In this document: positions 42,137 to 47,631 of the stretch, piece by piece
How the letters are laid out: each line of letters begins with the position of its first letter
How positions within the stretch are numbered: the first letter of the stretch is position 1
IMG/VR virus record: IMGVR_UViG_3300033489_000015
Span: 1 to 47,631 of that record
Length of the DNA: 47,631 nt
Strand: one strand, 5' to 3'
Source of the DNA: a virus
Taxonomy: Duplodnaviria; Caudoviricetes
The notes under the pieces: model-generated
What the model was told of the DNA's origin: nothing
What the model saw: only the letters and a program-made list of their open reading frames with translations
Database searches by the model: none
Made by a program: the position numbers and the translations under genes

Positions 42137-43732
42137 ATGCTCCGAACCGCTGCGTTCAGCGTATTTGGCCCCGGGCGGTGTGGTCTCTACCATACCGCCC
42201 GGGACCTCATTTTGTCCGAGCGGGCCATGGGTATCGACGCTCAACTATGTTGCGTCGAGGGCGATAAGGACGTCGGCCAGACGGACGGCCCTATCACGGT
42301 ACAGCCTTGGCAGTATGGGCTTGACGCCGACGTCTGGGTCCGCCATTCAGCCCTGCACCCAGAACTGGAGGGCATGGACCGGCCCATCATCATGGCCCTG
42401 CATGGACGCCCGGAATCCTCGTACCGGCTTGGTGTCAGCGACGGCAATCTGATTTTCGATTGCGTGGCCAATCGGTCCGCCGACCAGCGGTATCGGGCCT
42501 TCATCTACTTCTGGCCTGAATTTCGTCATCATTGGGAGGCCATCATTCCTCCTGAAAAGCTCTTTTACGTACCGGCCATGATCGACGGTCCCGCCTATGC
42601 CGGCGGCAAAAGACTCAATCTGGCGGGCGATCCCAAGATCCTCATCGCCGACATCTGGCGGGACGATCTTACCCCCCTGGACAGCATCGTGGCGGCAGCC
42701 GCCTATATCGAGAAGTACGCCCCCAACGGCAGGATTCATATCGTCGGCCTGCCGGTCAAGAAAGAGAGGGCCGTCATCATGCCCCTCTTGAACGGCCTGG
42801 TTCGCAAGGGAGTCATCGGCTCGATGGCTGGGCAGGTGGGCAACATCGCCGACTACTATGCGACCTGCGACGTGGTGGTCACGCCCCACACGATCGCCAC
42901 CCGGATCATTCGTGAATCCCTGTCTGCGGGCCTGCCCGTGGTTGCGGGCGCAGGCTGTCAGTTCACGCCCTACCGGGCCGACCATTACGACATCGACGCC
43001 GTGGCCGCCCAGATCGATCTGGCGATTACCGAACGACGAACCCGGCCCTATTACGCGGAACAGGCCGAATCCCTGTTCGGCAAACGAGCCGCAGGAGAGG
43101 CCATGCAACATGCCATTGAGCATTGTTTGTCTCATCCTTCAACGAAGACCAAGCTCTTTCTCGACATTGGGGCGCACCTGGGCGAGACCATCCATCGGTG
43201 GTACAGGATTCGGCCCGATGCGGAACAATACCGGGTCTACGCCTTCGAGCCGGAGGGGCCTTCGTTTGCCCAACTGTGGCACAGGACCCGGCATTTGCCC
43301 AACGTATCGTGCGTCCAGGCTGCCGTATCGGGCCACAATGGTACCCTGACCCTGTATCCGGGCCAGATCAACAGCGGAGAAGGCTCCACGGCGCTGCCCG
43401 GCAAGAAGACGGGGGCCGTGGACTATGCCCAGGGCCAGGAGGTTCGGTCCATCATCCTGTCGGAGTTCCTCAAGGCCCACCGGGCCGACCAGGTCGTCGT
43501 CAAGATGAACATTGAGGGCGGCGAGTACGAGCTGATGGATCACATTGTCAAGGCCGGACTCCTGGACGAGATCGATGAACTCTACATCAACACCCATTCC
43601 TGTAAGTTCCCCCTGGACCAGCGAATGGAAATGGACCATAAGGAGATGGCCTTCAGGCTGGCCGCAAAGGGCCACAGGGCCAAAGTTGTAATCAAAGAGA
43701 AAGGAGAATTTGACTATGCCAAGTGTGTTTAA
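42137..43732 (+). CDS. GT-B (GT4-like) glycosyltransferase fused to an FkbM-family methyltransferase
   Basis: N-terminal GPGRCGLYHTARDL; YYATCDVVVTP...IIRESLSAGLPVVA; C-terminal FLDIGAHLG, YAFEP, VKMNIEGGEY. Confidence 0.85.
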   Translation: MLRTAAFSVFGPGRCGLYHTARDLILSERAMGIDAQLCCVEGDKDVGQTDGPITVQPWQYGLDADVWVRHSALHPELEGMDRPIIMALHGRPESSYRLGVSDGNLIFDCVANRSADQRYRAFIYFWPEFRHHWEAIIPPEKLFYVPAMIDGPAYAGGKRLNLAGDPKILIADIWRDDLTPLDSIVAAAAYIEKYAPNGRIHIVGLPVKKERAVIMPLLNGLVRKGVIGSMAGQVGNIADYYATCDVVVTPHTIATRIIRESLSAGLPVVAGAGCQFTPYRADHYDIDAVAAQIDLAITERRTRPYYAEQAESLFGKRAAGEAMQHAIEHCLSHPSTKTKLFLDIGAHLGETIHRWYRIRPDAEQYRVYAFEPEGPSFAQLWHRTRHLPNVSCVQAAVSGHNGTLTLYPGQINSGEGSTALPGKKTGAVDYAQGQEVRSIILSEFLKAHRADQVVVKMNIEGGEYELMDHIVKAGLLDEIDELYINTHSCKFPLDQRMEMDHKEMAFRLAAKGHRAKVVIKEKGEFDYAKCV

Positions 43733-44021
43733 CACGAACAAGGGAAGGCGCGTCGATCAGCAACGTACCATCTGTGAGGTTCAGAGACAGGCGTGGGACC
43801 TGATTGTTGAGGCCCTCCAGGATCGCCCCCATTCCCTGGCCCGTATCCGGCCCGTCATGGAAGAGGCTGCCCTGTTGGGGATCAAACTCATCAAGCACAT
43901 GATTGACCACAAGATCGAACTCCCTGAGTGGGAGATGAACAACGTCGAAGAGGCCAAGGTGCTCAGGGCCGAGAGGGTCAGATTGGAGAAACTTCTTGCG
44001 ATGCGCAATCCTCTATCCTGA
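43716..44021 (+). CDS. Hypothetical helical protein between the two glycosyltransferase genes
   Basis: AAAGGAG RBS; QRTICEVQRQAWD; overlaps both GT genes. Confidence 0.65.
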   Translation: MPSVFNTNKGRRVDQQRTICEVQRQAWDLIVEALQDRPHSLARIRPVMEEAALLGIKLIKHMIDHKIELPEWEMNNVEEAKVLRAERVRLEKLLAMRNPLS

Positions 44022-44973
44022 CGCGGAATCGAAGTTGTCGCCCCTCGCTTATTCGGCGACCTACCGTGACCAAATGCTGGCCTTGACTGACGAAGCCCAG
44101 TCCGTCGTCTGTGTAACCAAGGATCTGGACGCCGTGGCCGGCCTGGACGTGGATGTCATCGTCCTGTTCGACATTCATTCATCCTGGCAGGCCAAACTGC
44201 CCGACTTGACCAAACACCCGGCAGTCAAGTACACGTACATGAACGACCCGCACCAAAAAGAGCAGGTCGGGCAGAGGCGGGACGGCACGAAGTTCCACAA
44301 GCTCGGACCCCAGCAGCGGATCGACCGCGACTTTGCGGCGGGCTTTGAGTACATCATCTGCCCCTACGTTGAAGGCTACCAGCGTCATCTGTCTCCTTAT
44401 GTGAAGGAGGCTGAGTCCCATTGGCTTTGGTTTCCTCCTTCGCCGAGGCCACGCCTGTCCTGGGTCAGCCTCCTTTCTGATCGCAACGGGAGGATGCTGA
44501 TACACGGCCATCTCTGGCAGGGTGAGAACGGGTTCAGGCCCTACGAGTTCCGCAGGCGGCTCTGCCAGGAGATAGGCAAGCTCAATCTGCCTATCGACGC
44601 CCCGGTCCACAATCTCGACAACAAGGACGTTCCGTCCGGCTCGGCCTATCAGAAGTTCCTGGCCCAGTACCCCTCGGCCATGGCCTTGTGCGACTGTTAC
44701 GCGGTCCCCAAGTACATGGAGATCCCGATGGCCGGATGCCTGATGTTCTATCAGAACAACGCCGATACCGAGCGGATGGGCTTGCAGGACGGGGTCCACG
44801 GGATAGCCGTCACGCCGGACAACTGGATGGAGCGGCTCACGAAAAACCCCGGCGCAGATCCCCAGGCCGTCGCCAACGCCGGTCGGAAGTTCATGCTCGA
44901 ACACTACACGGCTGCGCACTTTGCCAAGGCCGTATTCGACCACGCAAGGAATTTGAAAGGAGAAAACAAGTGA
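43996..44973 (+). CDS. Glycosyltransferase (CgeB/Glyco_trans_1_2-like GT-B)
   Basis: YQKFLAQY...VPKYMEIPMAGCL...GLQDGVH...VANAGRKFMLEHYT; TTG start after GGAG. Confidence 0.75.
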   Translation: MRCAILYPDAESKLSPLAYSATYRDQMLALTDEAQSVVCVTKDLDAVAGLDVDVIVLFDIHSSWQAKLPDLTKHPAVKYTYMNDPHQKEQVGQRRDGTKFHKLGPQQRIDRDFAAGFEYIICPYVEGYQRHLSPYVKEAESHWLWFPPSPRPRLSWVSLLSDRNGRMLIHGHLWQGENGFRPYEFRRRLCQEIGKLNLPIDAPVHNLDNKDVPSGSAYQKFLAQYPSAMALCDCYAVPKYMEIPMAGCLMFYQNNADTERMGLQDGVHGIAVTPDNWMERLTKNPGADPQAVANAGRKFMLEHYTAAHFAKAVFDHARNLKGENK

Positions 44974-45473
44974 AGAGAATCGTAATCGCAATCATGTTGT
45001 GCCTGTCTGCCGCGCTGACTGCGCAGGCAGGGGTCAAGGGAGTGGTGCTGTCTGCCGGGGGCAATAACGATCAGGTCTACGCCGGGGTCGGGTATCAAAT
45101 CGACAAGGGCGAGGTCGGGGCCAGGTTCGGCTGGACGGATACCTTGGACGGTACTCAGGAATGCGTTGAGCTGGCCGCCTATGCCCTTTTGGACGTCATC
45201 AAAGATGTGAATGTGCCCGTGGAGATACCCGGTTTGGGTTCGTATATTCTCAAGGCTACGGCATACGCAGGAGGCAAGGCCGGGGTCTTGGACAACCTCA
45301 AAGGTCCTTCCGATTACGACCCGTCCGTCAGTGGTATCGTCGGCCTAAAAATGGTCGAGGGCAGAATCGCCGTGCGGCTCGAGTACCTCTTGCCCGTGAC
45401 GGACAGTACGTGGGAAAACTCGGCGACGGGCGGCGGGAAAAAGTTCACCCTGGGATTTTCATACCTCTGGTAA
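44970..45473 (+). CDS. Signal-peptide-bearing outer-membrane beta-barrel-like protein (167 aa)
   Basis: GTG start after GAAAGGAG; MKRIVIAIMLCLSAALTAQA signal peptide; alternating beta-strands; C-terminal FTLGFSYLW beta-signal. Confidence 0.65.
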   Translation: MKRIVIAIMLCLSAALTAQAGVKGVVLSAGGNNDQVYAGVGYQIDKGEVGARFGWTDTLDGTQECVELAAYALLDVIKDVNVPVEIPGLGSYILKATAYAGGKAGVLDNLKGPSDYDPSVSGIVGLKMVEGRIAVRLEYLLPVTDSTWENSATGGGKKFTLGFSYLW

Positions 45474-45487
45474 AGGAGTGCCCGGAG

Positions 45488-45802
45488 ATGTTCCAAGAGA
45501 TACTTGCTCAGACGAACTGGGAGGGAGTGGGCGTGGCGGTTTCGATGGTTCTGGCAACCGCCACGGCGGGGTATGTGGTCAAGGATAGGGCAAAGACAAA
45601 GAGGCAAAGGACCAGCGAAGACGCCGAAAGAGGAATCCTTGCCGTGGATTTCAAGGAGCGGTGTGATGATAAACATGCGGCCCTAGACCGACTCATGGAC
45701 GAAAGACAAGGAGCCATGGAGCACAGATTCGACGACCTGAAGTGTGTGGTCGAGAAGGGCTTCGACCGCATCGAGAAATCTTTGAATGGGCATAAGGCGT
45801 AA
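45488..45802 (+). CDS. Single-TM plus coiled-coil protein (lysis-associated candidate)
   Basis: GVGVAVSMVLATATAGYVV followed by a charged coiled coil. Confidence 0.55.
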   Translation: MFQEILAQTNWEGVGVAVSMVLATATAGYVVKDRAKTKRQRTSEDAERGILAVDFKERCDDKHAALDRLMDERQGAMEHRFDDLKCVVEKGFDRIEKSLNGHKA

Positions 45803-45805
45803 ACT

Positions 45806-47155
45806 ATGGCCATAGCCGCCACATGCGTATGGGAAGTCAGGACAACCGGCACACAGAACGGCGGCTCACTGTTCAAGCCGGGGGCGACGGGCACAGACTA
45901 CTCTCAGCAGGACGCCCCCCAGTACGACATCACGGACGCCTCGGCAGCGGGGGCCGGTCTGACAATCACGACAGCGGCGGCGGCGGCGGATATGGTAGGC
46001 AACGGACTGTGCACCGTTGGAGGCACGCACGTAACCGCGAATCGCTGGTTCGAGATTACCTCAGTCGTGGTCGGTACGTCCATTACCGTAGCCGGGGCGG
46101 CCAACATCGTGTCGGATGTGGGCCACGGCGATATCCACGTCCATATCGGAGGGGCCTTCGCGTTCGGCGGAACCAACGACGACCAGTTCACAGAATCGTC
46201 TACTCCGGGCAACATGATCTACGTTCAGAGTGGAGAGTACACCGGCGTCAACGCCATCACCACGGCGGCAGACGGAACTACGGCAAAGCCCATCACCTAC
46301 ATCGGCTACATCACCAGCCGCACCACTATTCCAACCGGAACGGACAGACCGCTTATTAATATGGGGGCCAATGCGATTTCGATTGGCGATTGCGTCATAT
46401 TTAAATACGTTCGGTTTACCGGAACGGCCTCCACTTTGTTCAATAACAGTTGGATGTCAACTGTCTACCAATGCTCTTTTGAAGACACATCTGGGACTGC
46501 GAACCAAAAAGCATTTAATTTTGCAATAGGAGCCGTATCGGCCAGCGGAATGGCTGAGGAGTGTGAATTTACTTCGACCAACGGAATCGCCGTCAACATG
46601 GCCTACACGGGCCATCTTGTTCATTGCTACATCCACGATTCAGTCACAGGGGTACTGACGGGAGGAACGAACTGCTTCTCGGCAAGCATTGTGGGCTGTG
46701 TCATTGATAAATGCACAACTGCTATCGACCTAAATTACAACAGCGGCTCGGTGGTCAACAACACCCTTTATAGCGGAACGACCGGAATAGATATGTCTGC
46801 GTCTGCTTACGGGTGGCTGATCGCAAACAACATCATCTCTGACTTCGCGACCGGGGCCACTTGTGCCAGCTCTATCCTGGCCAACGTCCTGACCAACAAC
46901 TGTTGGAACAATACGACGGACATCGTCAACCTGCCGGACGACGATAACGGGGTATTCGACGATCCGTTACTGAAAGCTCCTGAGACACACGACTTCACGC
47001 TACAGAACGCAAGTCCCTGCATAGATGCGGGGTCGTCAATGAGTACCCTGGTAGGGACGGTCGGAAGTTACGCGAAGAACATAGGCGCACAGATGGCCAT
47101 CGGCGGCACGGGCGGCATCAAGATCCCTCGTGGCATGAGAGGGGGAATGAACTAG
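45806..47155 (+). CDS. Beta-helix tailspike/fibre paralog 1
   Basis: 449 aa; parallel beta-helix repeats; DFTLQNASPCIDAG; ends GGIKIPRGMRGGMN. Confidence 0.75.
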   Translation: MAIAATCVWEVRTTGTQNGGSLFKPGATGTDYSQQDAPQYDITDASAAGAGLTITTAAAAADMVGNGLCTVGGTHVTANRWFEITSVVVGTSITVAGAANIVSDVGHGDIHVHIGGAFAFGGTNDDQFTESSTPGNMIYVQSGEYTGVNAITTAADGTTAKPITYIGYITSRTTIPTGTDRPLINMGANAISIGDCVIFKYVRFTGTASTLFNNSWMSTVYQCSFEDTSGTANQKAFNFAIGAVSASGMAEECEFTSTNGIAVNMAYTGHLVHCYIHDSVTGVLTGGTNCFSASIVGCVIDKCTTAIDLNYNSGSVVNNTLYSGTTGIDMSASAYGWLIANNIISDFATGATCASSILANVLTNNCWNNTTDIVNLPDDDNGVFDDPLLKAPETHDFTLQNASPCIDAGSSMSTLVGTVGSYAKNIGAQMAIGGTGGIKIPRGMRGGMN

Positions 47156-47631
47156 ATGGCCATCAGCGGATCAGCCGTGTGGGAGATGAGGACGACGGGC
47201 ACACAGACCGGAGGGGCCTTCTTCGTTACCGGTGCGACCGGTACAGACTACTCTCAACAAGCCAACCCTCAGTACGACATCACGGACGCCTCGGCGGCAG
47301 GCGCGGGCCTGACCATTACGACCGCAGCCGCAGCCGCCGATATGGTAGGCAACGGCCTTTTCTCGGTGGGCGGCACGAACGTCACAGCGAACAAGTGGTT
47401 CGAAATCGTCTCGGTCGTAGTGGGCACGAGTATCACCGTAGCCGGGGCGGCCAACATTATGACGGGGGCGGGGGCTGGTGACGTTCACGTCCATATTGGC
47501 GGGGCGTTCAAGGCGGGAGGGACTCTGGACGACGCCTTTTTTGAGGCGCACGTGGCGGGCAATACGTGTTATATCCAGAGCGGATCATACACCGGCGTCA
47601 ACGCCGTTGATCTTGCTTCGGCAGGGACGGC
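47156..47631 (+). CDS. Beta-helix tailspike/fibre paralog 2, 5' part (continues through the junction to 992)
   Basis: MAISGSAVWEMRTTGTQTGG... aligns with MAIAATCVWEVRTTGTQNGG of paralog 1; open to the window end. Confidence 0.8.
   Translation, partial: MAISGSAVWEMRTTGTQTGGAFFVTGATGTDYSQQANPQYDITDASAAGAGLTITTAAAAADMVGNGLFSVGGTNVTANKWFEIVSVVVGTSITVAGAANIMTGAGAGDVHVHIGGAFKAGGTLDDAFFEAHVAGNTCYIQSGSYTGVNAVDLASAGT
47505..47631. repeat. Terminal direct repeat, copy 2
   Basis: Identical to 1-127. Confidence 0.95.

Noticed and set aside
42137-44973. DNA hypermodification (glucosylation) cluster
   Set aside because: No base hydroxymethylase, TET/JBP or nucleotide-synthesis genes were seen, and the GTs lie in the structural operon. 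Considered less likely but not excluded.
45806-47631. Diversity-generating retroelement (suggested by BPP-1-like architecture and similar repeats in tail genes)
   Set aside because: No reverse transcriptase or Avd-like ORF was seen, and differences between the paralogs are not adenine-specific.
1-47631. Stop-codon reassignment
   Set aside because: All core genes are intact under code 11 and use TAA, TAG and TGA as stops.

Overview
This window is a complete, circularly permuted genome of a GC-rich tailed dsDNA phage. Bases 1-127 are identical to 47505-47631, giving a 47,504-bp circle; the overlap is probably an assembler k=127 artefact. The virion module is podovirus-like and resembles BPP-1/T7: terminase large subunit, portal, Bbp19-like protein, scaffold, major capsid, Bbp16-like cement, tail tubular proteins A and B, three internal/ejection proteins and two tandem paralogous beta-helix tailspikes, one split across the window ends. 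Non-structural genes include a YqaJ exonuclease with a RecT-like annealase, an SMC-like ATPase, RusA, a D12-class adenine methyltransferase, a sigma70-family sigma factor, HTH/RHH regulators, FRG-domain and Lar-like proteins, and a short leftward early operon behind a near-consensus sigma70 promoter. I could not recognise an integrase, DNA polymerase, primase/helicase, small terminase, endolysin or reverse transcriptase. The most striking feature is a candidate virion-glycosylation system in the late operon. A 529-aa coiled-coil protein carries a nearly invariant Ser at the solvent-exposed f position of roughly 70 heptads and is followed directly by a GT4-like glycosyltransferase-FkbM methyltransferase fusion and a second GT-B glycosyltransferase. 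The same Ser-Asp heptad recurs in two tail genes. Other notable signals are twin promoters with an identical 5' leader plus a small structured RNA antisense to it, a shared palindromic motif upstream of terL and the capsid gene, repeat-bounded gene cassettes, and a degenerate J-domain in the large ejection protein. All product calls come from motif recognition by eye; no database searches or folding computations were run.
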